Origin: Squalus acanthias
Lineage: Eukaryota
Assembly: GCA_030390025.1 (NCBI GenBank)
Contig: CM059428.1
Location: 77,872,001-77,936,000, forward strand
Length of the DNA: 64,000 bases
Direction: 5' to 3'
Notes under the pieces: model-generated
Databases searched by the model: none
Seen by the model: only the letters and a program-made list of their open reading frames with translations
Told to the model about the DNA's origin: nothing
In this document: positions 37,648 through 50,837 of the stretch, in pieces
Numbering within the stretch: the stretch's first letter is position 1
Layout: every line of letters begins with the position of its first letter
Program-made: the position numbers and the translations under genes

Positions 37648-40600
37648 GGCCTAGAAATTGGCTATAACCACAAAATGGGCAGTGTTAAGGCCAAACGATG
37701 TTAAGCTGCGCTACCTGAAAATGGTCTAGGTAGCACACAAGATTTGTGCTCACTCTTCATTAACATGATTATAGTCATGATTTAAGTGCTAAAACTGCTG
37801 CTCATTGGCTTAACGCTCAACAGGTGGGCCAATATCGGGGCCAATCAACTTCACAGTCATGTGTGCCACAGGCTTTTTCCACTACTTAAAGGGGAGGTGC
37901 ATTGATGCTGCAGCACCTCATTGACAGAGTGGTTGGGTTTGCAGCTGCCCCAAAAACCCAAAGGAGAAGCTCAAGGACAAGCAAGAGTTGTGTACACAGG
38001 GCAGATTGTCGCCCCAGGGAGAGACCCCAGGGGTTCTCCGATGAAGCTCTGGAGGCACTCATAGTGGCCGTGGAGAGGAGCAGGCTGTCCTCTACCCGCA
38101 AAGTGGCAGAAAGCCCTCACCCTATACATCCCGTACCATGTGGCACAAGATAGCGGGCCATGTCACGGCCAGCACTGTGGTGCCACGGTTCCTCATCCAG
38201 TGCAGGAAGAAGTTTAATGACCTCACACGGGTGGTCATGGTGAGTGAAGGCTTCAGCAAATGCCACATACCACCATCTGCACCACAAGGCTCACACACTG
38301 CTCAATTCACCACACCCCCAGCACTCCCCTACCAACAATCTCTACCTATCACCACTCACACCTCACAATCATAGCTTCACTTCACCCTCACAACCTTACC
38401 ACTGCTGCAACACTCACACCCACATCTCACAGCTTGCACACACTGACAGCTATTCAACTATGGCAGGCACATCACCCAAACACATTGCACCACACTCACT
38501 CACACACTTCCCTTTCTCTTGCAGCCCAAGCTGGCACATAATCGCCGGGAGCAGCAGCAAGCAGGCGGGGGCCAGGTGGCCACACAGGACCTCAGCCAGC
38601 TGGAGGAGAGAGTACTCCAGCTAAATGGGCACTACGTCATTGATGCTGTGGCAACCGGCGAAGTTGAACCCCTTGGGGCCAACAATGGTATGTTCATTCT
38701 TAATCCTTCTTCTCACATCCCACGCCCCCCTCATCCCACAATCTTTTCTCACTTTCAAGCTACTCATGCTGTATGCGTACATTTCTGGCTCCCACCCCCA
38801 CCCCCGCGCCTCACCATAACCCGACTCTTGTGACTTTCTGCTTTCAGATAATCAACAAGCACCTGAGCAGCCTGTCCCGATGTCATCACAGAGAGTGAAG
38901 GGGAGAAAAAGAGGAGGAAGAAGACAGAGCGTCACTGCATCTCTCACTCGCAGACACCAGATCAGAAACTGGCACTACACGTACTTTCGAGGCTAGTGTA
39001 GGAGCGGGATCTGCACAGGGTGAGGGACTGGGCACGAGTGGGCTGCAGCAAGGCCAGGGGGAAAGGGTAGCTCGGGGGCCAGCTCACCGGAGGGCGAGTT
39101 CTGCTGCACAGGACACAGATGAGGTCCTCCATGGGGAGGCCTTCAGAAGAAGGGAGATGGGCATGCACACCGAATTGATGGGTGCAATGGCATGCCTGCC
39201 AGAGAGCATCTCGGCAATGTCAAGGAGCGTGGAGGAGTCTGGCTCCAACATTGCACGGGGCTCTGCTCAGAGCATGGAGCACAGGATTTCCAGCCTGTAA
39301 ATTATGGTACACTCCCAGAGAGACCGTGGCAACCCAGACGTGATGGTGCGCATGATGGGTGATGTTGCAACTTCCATTGCAGCACAGGCAGAAGCGACCC
39401 AATGACACCAGAAGTTCAGACCGCTCTCATGCAGACTCTGCTTGATATCCCTCAAGCTCAGACCACTGTCATGCAGTCTCAGCTGTTCCCACCTCTGCTA
39501 CTCCGCCATTGCCCTTGACGCTGTATGTCAGCCAGCCAGCCCAGACTGCTGCTGCCCATGCTGAGGTGGCACAGTCTACAGCCGGGCCTTCTAGAGCCAG
39601 AGCTGCTTGAGGTCTTCCTGCAAGGCCATCTGAAGTCTCCCCCCATTGAAAGTCAGCAGCCTTCCACCAGCCATGGTGCAGCCACTGGGGGAGCACTTTG
39701 TAGGAGCGATAGATTAGGAAAAGCCACATGAAAGACAGGCACTACGGGAGTGCACAAGGGGGATTAGTTAATAATTGTCATGTAAATATGTGTGAATTGA
39801 TTTGTGATAAACTTATTAATTTTGTTTGGAATCTTTTGTGGAGTCTCTCATTTCAACTTTGTGCCCAGGAGGACGCTGTGATATTCAATGACAGAGCGAA
39901 TGTATGATGGGGATGTGGTGAGCAACAGAGACCTGGAGTTTCATTCATTGGAATCGGAGTCTGATGAGCTGTTCATGGACAGCCCTTTGGAAGGACAATT
40001 GGCTGCCTAGCTCTTCCCTCCATCCATTTCCTCTTGCTCCTCCTCATCGTCCTCCTCGTCCTCTTCCTCTTCATCCTCCTCCTCCTCTCCCTCGTCCTCC
40101 TCCTGAGCTGGTGCCGCAATCCCTGCTGGCAAGTTGTGAAGCATGCAACAGACCACCACAAAATGGGACACCCACTCTGCTGGAGGGCTCCTCCCGAGTG
40201 ATCAAGTCAGCAGAACCGTTGCTTCAGTAACCCGATGGTCTGCTCAATGATGTTCCTGGTGGAAGCATGGCTCCCATTATAGAGTGCTGAGCACGAGTGT
40301 TGGGGTTGCAGAGGGGAGTCATGAGCCAGGTGCAGAGCGATAGCCCTTGTCTCTGAGCAGCCACCCTCGAGTTTGCTGTGGTGGCTGGAAGATTGCTGGA
40401 ACACCGGACTGATGCAGGATGAAGGCATCATGGCTGCTGCCAGGATAGCGGGCATTGCCGTTGAGGAATCCCTGTGCGTGGTCGCACACCACCTGCACAT
40501 TAAGCGAGTGGTAGCCTTTGCTCAGGATTGTTATGCGGTGTCCGCAAAGCCACGTGGGTGCAGTCGATGGCGCCCTGCACCAGGGGGAAGCCCACTATCC

Positions 40601-40897
40601 CAGCAAAACCACATGTGTGCTCATCCTGCTTCTCTCTGCTCAGAACCTTGAAAGAAGTTAATAAAGCTGCTGGAGTTGCAGAACGTTGCACAGAGCCAGT
40701 CAAACTGCAAAAACAGGTCAGGTGCAACTGATTGCTGATGATCCCTTTAAATATCATTGCTGGAGCCTCCTTCCTGTTTCTCAATGCTTGCGCTACCTGT
40801 TGTTGTTTATGATGTGGAGATGCCGGCGTTGGACTGGGGTGGACAAAAATGGGAAGTCGCACAACACCAGGTTATAGTCCAACAGATTTATTTAATT

Positions 40898-40936
40898 TTA
40901 CAAGCTTTCGGAGCGGTTCGCTCCTTCCTCAGGTAA
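40898..40936 (-). ncRNA. Minimal hammerhead ribozyme motif in the Penelope terminal region
   Basis: Minus strand: TTAC-CTGAGGA-A-GGAGCG aac CGCTCC-GAAA-gc-TT-GTAA. This gives stem I TTAC/GTAA, core CUGANGA/GAAA, a 6-bp stem II and a palindromic AAGCTT stem III. Confidence 0.8.
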
Positions 40937-41547
40937 GTTAGCAGTGAGAGAATCTCCCAGAATTCACAATTTAAACACAGACAAAATCTATTCAAATCTT
41001 TCCCTACATCAAAGACACACTAAGAGCACAGCCAAGACAATGAGATGTGTCCCAGGGGGTCCAACGTGTCAAACCACCTGCTGGCTGCATATCCTGTCAA
41101 TTTGTGTTGGTTCTTGTGTTAGTCTTTTTAAAAAAAAAACACCTGGGAAGACCGGCCATGATGTCAAGTCACGTTCTGTATCGTGACATGAACCCGATAT
41201 CGCGATTGAGGCCATCCTCATGAGTGCGGAACTTGGCTATCAGTTTCTGCTCTATGATTTTGCGCTGTCGTGTATCCCGAAGGCCGCCTTGGAGAACGCT
41301 TACCCGCAGATCCGAGGCTGAATGCCCCTGACTGCTGAAGTGTTCCCCGACTGGGAGGCAACCCTCCTGCCTGGCGATTGTTGCGCGGTGTCCGTTCATA
41401 CGTTGTCTCAGTGTCTGCATGGTCTCGCCGATGTACCATACTCTGGAGCATCCTTTACTGCAACGTATCAGGTAGACAACGTTGGCCGAGTCACATGAGT
41501 ATGTACCATGTACCTGGTGGGTAGTGTCCTCACGTGTGATGATGGTA

Positions 41548-43796
41548 AGCTGCAACCAAGCCTCCCCCGGTACCACGGTTGCAACCACAGGGAAGTCCAT
41601 CGTCAACCTGTCGGACCACACCCTTCAACCAGACGAAATTGAAGTTCTCGCCCTAGGGCTCAAGTTCTGCCCCACCACCAAAATGGACCCCATCGGTCTC
41701 GCGGCGGACACAGAGGAATTCATCAGGAGAATGAGGATCCGGGAATACTACCACAAATCCCAAGATGTCAGCAACATTCCTAATGAGACAATCAATGATC
41801 CGGAACAGCAGACAGAGGGAACCGCAGTGCTACAACCGAGGAAGAAAGAGTCAAATTGGACCCCTCCGGAGGGTCGCAGCCCTAAGCTTGACATGTATGC
41901 TCAAGCTGTCAGGAAATGCATCAACGCCAGATTCATCAGCCGTACTCACAAGACAGTCCAGAATGTCACCCGAGCACAACGCAACGCCATCCACGCTCTC
42001 AAGACCAAACGCAACATCGTCATCAAACCAGCGGACAAAGGAGGAGCCATCGTCATACAGAACAGAATGGACTATTGCAAAGAAGCATACCGACAACTGG
42101 ACAACCAGGAACACTACAGACAGCTACCCGCAGATCCGACCAAAGAACACACCCGCCAATTCAATAGACTGATCAAGACCTTCGATCCAGACCTTCAAAA
42201 CATCCTACGCGCTCTCATCCCACGTACTCCCTGCGTAGGAGACTTTTACTGTCTCCCAAAGATACACAAAGCCAACACACCCGGACGTCCTATCGTATCA
42301 GGCAACGGAACCCTGTGTGAGAACCTCTCTGGGTACGTCGAGGTCATCCTGAAACCCATCGTACAGGGAACCCCCAGTTTCTGTCGCGACACTACAGACT
42401 TCTTGCAGAAACTCAGCACCCATGGACCAGTTGAACCAGGAACACTCCTCGTCACGATGGACGTATCGGCACTCTACACCAATATCCCCCACAATGACGG
42501 CATCGCTGCGACAGCCTCAGTACTCAACACCAACAACAGCCAATCTCCGGACGCCATCCTACAACTCATCCGCTTCATCCTTGACCACAATGTCTTCACC
42601 TTTGACAACCATTTTTTTACCCAAACACACGGAACAGCCATGGGGACCAAATCCGCACCCCAATACGCCAACATCTTCATGCACAAGTTCTTCACTGCAC
42701 AGGACCTCCAACCAACGCTGTACACCAGATACATCGACGACATCTTCTTCCTTTGGACCCACGGCGAAGGATCACTGAAAGGACTACACGATAGCATCAA
42801 CAGGTTCCATCCCACCATCAAACTCACCATGGACTACTCCTCAGAATCGGTTTCATTCTTGGACACACGAATCTCCATCAAAGACGGACGCCTCAGCACT
42901 TCACTCTACCGCAAGCCCACGGACAACCTCACGATGCTCCACTTCTCCAGCTTCCACCCTAACCACGTTTAAGAAGCCATCCCCTATGGACAAGCCCTGC
43001 GAATACACAGGATCTGCTCAGACGAGGAGGAACGCGATGGACACCGATGGACACTGAAAGACGCCCTCGTAAGAACGGGATATGACGCTCGACTTGTCGA
43101 TCGACAGTTCCGACGGGCCACAGCGAAAAACCGCATAGACCTCCTCAGAAGACGAACACGGGACACAACCAACAGAGTACCCTACGTCGTCCAGTACTTC
43201 CCCGGAGCGGAAAAACTACACCATGTTCTTCGCAGCCTTCAACATGTCATCGATGACGACGAACACCTTGCTAAGGCCATCCCCACGCCTCCACTACTCG
43301 CCTTCAAGCAGCCGCCTAACCTCAAAAGTACCATCGTTCGCAGCAGATTACCCATCTTTCAGGAGAACAGCAACCACGACACCACACAACCCTGCCACGG
43401 CAACCTCTGCAAGACATGCCAAATCATGGACACAGATACCATCATCACACGTGAGGACACTACCCACCAGGTACATGGTACATACTCATGTGACTCGGCC
43501 AACGTTGTCTACCTGATACGTTGCAGTAAAGGATGCTCCAGAGCATGGTACATCGGCGAGACCATGCAGACACTGAGACAACGTATGAACGGACACCGTG
43601 CAACAATCGCCAGGCAGGAGGGTTGCCTCCCAGTCGGGGAACACTTCAGCAGTCAGGGGCATTCAGCCTCGGATCTGCGGGTAAGCGTTCTCCAAGGCGG
43701 CCTTCGGGATACACGACAGCGCAAAATCATAGAGCAGAAACTGATAGCCAAGTTCCGCACTCATGAGGATGGCCTCAATCGCGATATCGGGTTCAT
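41548..43796 (+). pseudogene. Penelope/Neptune RT plus GIY-YIG endonuclease ORF with one in-frame nonsense codon
   Basis: 'IKPADKGGAIV', 'FYCLPKIHK', 'MDVSALYTNIP', 'GTAMG', 'RYIDD', 'LYRKPTD', then TAA at 42970-42972. The same frame continues through the Cys linker 'PCHGNLCKTC' and 'VVYLIRC...WYIGET'. Confidence 0.92.
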
Positions 43797-44062
43797 TGTT
43801 GTTGTTTAGGCAAGCCAGTAAGTTGAATGGCGAAATCCAATGCTGCAGATCGGGCGTCAAGTGAGTGTTGCACATTCACTGACGTCACGATCTGGTTAAT
43901 TTCAATTCCTCCAGTGATCGCATTTATCAGCAGTGCTACCGGCCCTCGCAAAATGGCGGCTGCCATGGGACCTGCCACAAGCTGGCGGAAGAGCACCAGC
44001 CGCCGTTTTTTTGCCATTTCATGGCGGTAATGGGTGGCGTTAAACTCCCAAATTTTTAGCCC

Positions 44063-44610
44063 ATGGACTTTCAAAAGGCATTTGATAAAGTACCACATAA
44101 CAGACTTATTCGAAAAATAGAAGCTCATGCCATTAAAGAGGCGATGGTAAATTGGGTATGTAATTGGCTAAGGGATAGGAGGCAGAGAATAGCGGTGAAT
44201 GGATGTTTTTCTAACTGGAGGGAAGTATGCAGTGGGGCCCCCCAGGGGTCAGTATTAGGACCATTGCTTTTCTTGTTATATATAACCTGGACTTTGGCAT
44301 AGGGAGTACAATTTTGAAGTTTGCGGATGATACAAAACTTGCCAACGTAGCAAATAGTGAGCAGGATAGTTACACACTTCAGGAGAACATAGACAGACTG
44401 GTGAAATGAGCAGACACACGGCAGATGCAATTTAATGCCGATAAGTGTGAAGTGATGCACTTTGGGAGAAACAACATGGAGAGGCAGTATAATCTAAATG
44501 GTGCTATTTTGAGAGGGTGCAAGAGCAGAGGGACCTGGGGCAGCATATTCATAAATCTTTGAAGCTGGCAGGACAAGTTGATAAGGCGGTTAAGAAAGCA
44601 TATGTGATAC
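44063..44610 (+). mobile_element. CR1 RT continuation
   Basis: 'MDFQKAFDKVPH...GAPQGSVLGP...KFADDTKL'. Confidence 0.9.
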
Positions 44611-44611
44611 T

Positions 44612-45665
44612 TTTCATTCATTCACAGGATGTGGGTGTTGCTGACAAGGCCAGCTTTTATTTCCCAACCCTAATTGCCCTTGAGAAAGTGGTGGTGAGCC
44701 ATCTTCTTGAACCGTTGAAGTCCATGTGGTGAAGGTACTCCCACAGTGCTGTTAGGGAGTTCCAGGATTTTGACCCAGCGACGATGAAGGAACAGCGATA
44801 TATTTCCAAGTCAGGATGGTGTGTGACTTGGAGGGGAACTTGGAGGTGGTGGTGATCCCATGCCCCTGCTGCCCTTGTCCTTCTAGGTGGTAGAAGTCGC
44901 GGATTTGGGAGATGCCGTTGAAGAAGCCTTGGGGAATTGCTGCAGTGCATCTTGTAGATGCAACATTCAGCAGGTGCGGTGCGCCGGTGGTGGAGGGAAT
45001 GAATGTTTAAGGTGGTGGATGGGGAGCCAATCAAGCGAGCTGTTTTGTCCTGGATGGTGTCGAGCTTCTTGAGTGCTGTTAGAGCTGCACTCATCCAGGC
45101 AAGTGGAGAGTACTCCATCACACTCATGACTTATGCCTTGTAGATGGAGGAAAGATGATGAAGAATTTCTTCACCCAGACAGTGGTGAACCTGTGGAATT
45201 CTCTACCACAGGAGGTAGTTGAGGCCAATTCATTAAATATATTCAAGAATGAGTTAGATATATTTCTTAAAGCTAAAGGTATCAAGGGATATGGGGAGAA
45301 GGCAGGTACAGGGTACTGAGTTTGGATGATCAGCCATGATCTCATCGAATGGCGGAGCAGGCTCGAGGGGCCGAATGGCCTACTCCTGCTCCTATCTTCT
45401 ATGTTTCTATGTTTCTATGAAAGGCTTTAGAGAGTCAGGAGGTGAGCCACTTGCCGCAGAATACCCAGCCTCTGACCTGCTCTTGTAGCCACAGTATTTA
45501 TGTGGCTGGTCCATTTAAGTTTCTGGTCAATGGTGACCCCCAGGATGTTGATGGTGGGGGATTCGATGATGGTAATGCCATTGAAGGTCAAGGGGCGGTA
45601 GTTAGACTTTCTCTCGTTGGCAATGGTCATTGCCTGACACTTGTGTGGTGCGAATGTTACTTGGG
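44612..45665 (-). mobile_element. LINE family A 3' end inserted in CR1, itself split by a CR1 tail (45151-45420, +)
   Basis: 'VMEYSPLAWMSAA...LDTIQDK' plus the family 3' UTR with a (TGAA)n tail. The inner insert is nearly identical to the reverse complement of 30963-31215 and ends in (TTTCTATG)n. Confidence 0.87.
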
Positions 45666-47320
45666 TCTATAAATAGAGGCATAGAGTACAAAAGCAAAAA
45701 AGTTATGCTGAACCTTTACAAATCTCTGGTTAGGCCTCAGCTGGAGTATTGTGTACAATTCTGGGCACCACACTTTAGGAAGGATGTCAAGGCCTTGGAG
45801 AAGGTACAGAAGAAGTTTACCAGGATGACACCAGGGATGAGGGACTTCAGTTATGTATTGAAATTGGAGAAGCTGGGATTTTTCTTTTTAGAGCAGAGAA
45901 GGTTAAGGGGAGACCTAATAGAGGTATTTAAAATTATGAGAATTTTGATAGCGTAAGTAGAGAAAAAGTATTTCCTCTGGCAAGTGGGTTGGCAATCAGA
46001 AGTCATAGATTTAAAATAATTGATAAAAGGACTAGAGGGGAAATGAGGAGAATTTTTTCACACAGAGGGTTGTTAAGATCTGGAACGCACTACCTGAAAG
46101 TGTGGTGGAATCAAATTCCATAGGACGTTTAAGAGGCAATTGGACATGCACTTGAAGAGGACTAATTTGCCGGATTGTGGGGAAAAAGCTGGGGTGTGGA
46201 ACTAAATTGGAAAGCTCTTTCAAAGATCTGGCACAGGCATAATGGGCTGAATGGCCTCCTTCTGTGCTGTAAGATTCTACAATTCTATGATAAGTGTGAA
46301 GTGTTTTATTTTGATAGGAAAAATGAGTACAAAAGGTTCAATTTTAAAGGGGTTTCAGGAACAGAGAGATTTTTAGGTGTATGTACACAAGTCTTTGAAG
46401 GTGGCAGGACAATTTGAGAAGGCTGTTAAAAAGGCATATGGGACCGTTGGCTTTTTAAACAGAGGCACCGAGTACAAAAGGCAGGAAGTTATGTGAAACC
46501 TTTATAAAATACTCGTTAACCCTAGCTGGTGTATTGTGGCTGATTCTGTGCACCACACTTTAGGAAGGATGTCAAGGCCTTAGAGAGGGTGCTGGGATGA
46601 AAGACATCAGTTACGTGGAGAGACGAGAGAAACTGGGGTTGTTCTCATTAGACCAGAGAAAGTTAAGAGGCGATTTGATAGAAGTGTTCAAAATTCTGAA
46701 GGTTTCAATAGAGTAAATAAGGAGAAACTGTTTCGACTGGCAGAAGGGTCGGTGGACAGAGACTTAAGGTAATTGGCAAAAGAACTTGGGGGGAGATGAG
46801 GAGAATTCTTTTTACGCAGTGAGTTGTGATTTTTTTTCTTCATTCGTTCACAGGATGTGGGCGTCGCTGGCAAGGACAGCATTTATTGCCCATCCCTAAC
46901 TGCCCTTGAGAAGGTGGTGGTGAGCCGCCTTCTTGAACTGCTGCAGTCCGTGTGGTAAAGGTACTCCCACAGTGCTGTTAGGGAGGGAGTTCCAGGATTT
47001 TGACCCAGTGACGATGAAGGAACAGTAATATAATTCCAGGTCAGGATGGTGTGTGACTTGAGGGGAACATGGAGGTGATGGTGTTTCCATGCCCTGCTGC
47101 CCTTGTCCTTCTAGGTGGTAGAGGTCGCGGGTTTGAGAGGTGCTGTCGAAGAAGCCTTGGCGAGTTGCTGCAGTGCATCTTGTAGATGGTCTGGAATGCA
47201 CTGCCTGAAAGGGTGGTGGAAGCTGATTCAATAATAACTTACAAAAGGAAAAATTTGCTGGGATATGGGGAAAGAGCAAGGAAGTGGGACTAATTGGATA
47301 GCTCTTTCAAAGAGCCGGCA
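45666..47320 (+). mobile_element. Stacked CR1 3' fragments with a family A 3' end (46835-47190, minus)
   Basis: 'LYKSLVRPQLEYCVQFWAPH' and two CR1 tails. A family A tail interrupts at ~46835. Confidence 0.85.
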
Positions 47321-47632
47321 CCCCTTTCACAAAATGGCGTGCTGTGCACTTCCAATCGGAAGTGCGTGCGCGCGCGCATCTTCAAAGCCATTTTCAGACG
47401 TTAGGTGGCCATGTACCACCTGAAAAACAGCACTATGCGGCCCAATTTAACCCCTGTGGTCTCTGATTTGTTGTTGGTCATCAAAAAAGAACAGCAGGAC
47501 CATTGGTTTAATGATTTGGTCTTTACCGTTACTGCTGGATTTTTAAAATTTATAATCTGTGATGCAAAAAAATCTTGTGTATAAATGAGAAGAGTTTCAG
47601 GGGAAGAAAGACAAAGATAACTGCATCTTAAG

Positions 47633-47727
47633 TAAAATAAAAACAGAAAATGCTGGAAATACTCAGCAGGTCAGGCAGAGAAACAAAGTTAACAATTCAG
47701 GTCGATGACCTTTCATCAGAACTGGAA
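47633..47727 (-). repeat. Short copy of the hammerhead-bearing repeat (core mutated)
   Basis: Minus strand GTT-CTGATGA-A-AGGTC atc GACCT-GAAT, with GAAA changed to GAAT. Flanked by a GCATCTTAAG direct repeat at ~47622 and ~47730. Confidence 0.75.
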
Positions 47728-48757
47728 GATGCATCTTAAGCATATTTTCTAAAGTCTTAGTAAATAGCATGACTGCTATATCTGTGAGGCCTCGAATCTT
47801 CCAATATCAATAAGGTGTGTAATATTTTTACGTTGTGATACATTGCTTCAGAAAATTTGCTGCATCAGAGTGATGGGCAAATTGCCATCACAAATGGGCA
47901 CCAGCAGGACTGCAATAAACATCATAGACCACACTGCAAGCCCTGGACTATCAGGGGAGACTGACCGGTGTTCATAAATTATTTATTTTTAAATCACAAA
48001 TGTTGCTGCAGTCTTTGGTTGAAGTTGTATTGTAATTGGTTTTATTACTCTTTGAAACGGTATATTATAATCCATTCACACACACGCAATAATAGCAAAT
48101 GAAAGCTGTATCTTTCACAATTTGTAGAAGAAACCAGAATAAAAAATTCATCAAACTAGGCTCCTGTAAAATAGAACTACAACTTATTTTAAATCCATTC
48201 CATATTATAATTGAATTATATTAATAGAATTTAAAATGATTGCCTTTTACTTAATGCAGCTCAAACAATCTGTAGGTTAGGATTATATTTTTTCTTACAT
48301 TGTGAGTATAGACCATATAACCTGGATTTCTGCTTTGATTTACTGTAGGTGGGATTAAGCAATGGTTATGGAAGTGCTGTTGAAAATGGCCAAGGATGAG
48401 AGGGAACAGAAATGGGAAAAGCATGTCCCAGATTTAAATTATTTGTACCTGCAGATTTGTCTATTATACAGATTGATTTGTGTTATGCTGTTTACACCAA
48501 TGTTTAGTAAACTAAAGGTTCCTTCAGTAGAATGTTTTTTCAGAAGTCTTATATTGAATATTTTATAATTGTCTATTTTCAAACTTTGCTTGCTCTCACA
48601 GCAAAGAATAGCTTTCTGTTTTCAAGCTAAATTTACTGATACTGCTCATGAGCCATTTCCAGGAGTCTCTGTAGGAACAACTTGACCTGGCAACCTCTGC
48701 TAAATCAGGATTCTTATAATGGAATAATAAGCTATTGAGATAGATGGGGTCAATTCC

Positions 48758-49140
48758 ATAGAACCAAAGTGGTTTACAGCACCAAAGGAGTCCATTCGGC
48801 CCATTGTATCTATGCCTGCTTTTTGCTAGAGCAATCCAAAACTAACCCTGTATCTTCCCCTGCTTCAAACACATTCACTTTTCCCTAAACTACTCTCTGT
48901 GACCAAGCATCCAGGCTCTAACAAATCTGTGTAATGAAATGTCTCTTTACCTCTCTACTTCCTGTTTTAATTGTAAATTGTTGACCCCTTTGTCTCTTAA
49001 GTTCCAAACCTAGTCTTTCCCTATTCAACCTACCAAACTCCTTCATGATTTAAAAAATGACCTTTAATTTCTTCTCACTTTCTGTGTGCCAGTGGAAATA
49101 TCCCCAGTACCTCAAGTCTGCCATAACAATAGTTTCTCAT
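48758..49140 (-). mobile_element. Old CR1 3' fragment
   Basis: 'CATAGAA...GGTTTACAGCACCAAAGGAGTCCATTCGGCCCAT' CR1-type tail. Confidence 0.6.
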
Positions 49141-50554
49141 CCCCTTTATCATTCTCATGAGTCTTCATTGTATGCCCCATCTTCAGTCAAAAGGGCCGAG
49201 TGGATGATTCTTCTCAGCCTCCTCCTAAGCTACAACACTGGCATCTACCCAACAATGTGGAAAATTGACCAGGTATGCCTTCTCCACAAAAAGCAGGACA
49301 ATTCCAACCCAGCCAATTACCCCCTATCAGCCAACTCTCAATCATCAGCAAAATGATGGAAGGGGTCATCAACAGTGCAGTTAAGCGGCACTTACTTGCC
49401 AATAACTTGTTCACCGATGCACAGTTCGGGTTCTACCAGGACCACTTGGCTCCATACCCTGCATTACAGCCTTGGTCCAAACAAGGACACAATACCTGAA
49501 TTCCAGAGGTGAGGCGAGAATGACAGCTCTTGATATCAAGGCAGCATTTGACCAAGTGTGGCATCAAGGAGCCCAGTAAAACTTAAGTCAATGGGGATCA
49601 GGGGGGAAACTCTCCAGTGGCTGGAGTCATACCTACAACAAAGGAAGATAGTTGTGGCTGTTTGGGGGCAATTCATCCCAGCCCCAGGACAGCACGGCAG
49701 GAGTCTGTCAGGGCAGCATCCTAGGCCGAACTATCTTCAACTGCTTCATCAATGACCTTCCCTCTATCATAAGGTCAGGAGTGGGGCTGTTCACTGATGA
49801 TTGCCGTGTTCAGCACCATTCATAATTCATCAGATAATGAAGCAGTTCATGCCTGCGGCAGCAAGACCTGGTCAGCATCCTGATAAGTGGTAACAGTCGA
49901 GCCACACAATGACCATCTCTAACAAGAAAGATCATAACCACCTCTGCATGACATTACCATCGCCGAGTCCCTCAACATCCTCGGGGAGTCATCTTAACCA
50001 GCCACATAAATGCTGTGGCAACTTGAGCAGCTCAGAGGCTGGGTATTGAGTTGCTCACTTTCTAACTCCCGAAAGCCTTTGCATTACCTACAAGAACCGG
50101 CAGGAATGTAATGGAATACTCTCCACTTGCCTGGGTCGGTGCAGCTGCAACAACACTCAAGAAGCACAACACCAACCAGGACAAAGCAATCCACTTGATC
50201 GGCACTTCACCCATCAGCCTAAACATCAGTCCCCTCCATCACCGGCGTACCATGGCTGCAGTGTGAACTGTCTACAGGATGCACGGCAGTAATTCATGGA
50301 GACATCTTCAGCAGCACCTCTGGAACCCGCAACCTCCTCCACCCAGCAAGACAAGGGCAGCAGGTGCAGAGGAACACCATCCACCAAGTCGCACATCATC
50401 CTGACTTGTATGTTCCTTCATTGTCTCAGGGTCAAAACCCTGACACTTCCTACCTAACAGTATTGTTGGAGTATCTTCATCACACGAACAACTGTAGTTC
50501 AAGAAAAAGGCCCAACGCCATCGTATAAAGTACAACTAGGGATGGGTAATAAAT

Positions 50555-50837
50555 ACAAAAGCAAAATACTGCGGATGCTGGAAATCTGAAATAAAAACAG
50601 AAAATGCTGGAACTACTCAGCAGGTCAGGCAGCATCTGTAGAGAGAGAAACAGAGTTAACGTTTCAGGTCGATGACCCTTCGTCAGAACTGGAAAAAGTT
50701 GGAAATGGAACAGGTTTTTAAGCAAGTGCAGGGGCAGGGAAAGGGGGGAGGGGAGGAAAGAACAAAAGGGAAGGTCTGTGATAGGATGGAAGGCAGGAGA
50801 GATTAAGAGACAAAAGGGATGATGGTGCAAGGCAAAA
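50555..50837 (-). mobile_element. Short non-autonomous retroelement (probably Penelope-derived) carrying a hammerhead
   Basis: TSD GGGTAATAAAT/GGGTAATTAAT at 50544-50554 and 50838-50848. Related fragments at 30010-30148 and 47633-47727. Confidence 0.8.
50654..50690 (-). ncRNA. Minimal hammerhead ribozyme motif (intact core)
   Basis: Minus strand AGTT-CTGACGA-A-GGGTC atc GACCT-GAAA-cg-TT-AACT. Stem I AGTT/AACT, 5-bp stem II, palindromic AACGTT. Confidence 0.8.

Larger units (their letters stand above)
40810..43796. mobile_element. Penelope-like element (Neptune type) with inverted 3' segment
   Basis: 12-bp TSD TGTTGTTGTTTA at 40798-40809 and 43797-43808. The minus-strand segment 40810-41547 holds the GIY-YIG end and 3' terminus. 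The plus-strand segment 41548-43796 holds RT and GIY-YIG. Confidence 0.93.
37648..44062. mobile_element. Harbinger transposon (copy 2) inserted in a CR1 RT and itself containing a Penelope element
   Basis: Left TIR GGCCTAGAAATTGG and right end CCAAATTTTTAGCCC, flanked by ATA/ATG. Myb gene remnants at ~37990-39768 (+) and transposase remnants at ~39960-40640 (-). The CR1 frame resumes at 44063 (MDFQKAFDKVPH). Confidence 0.88.
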
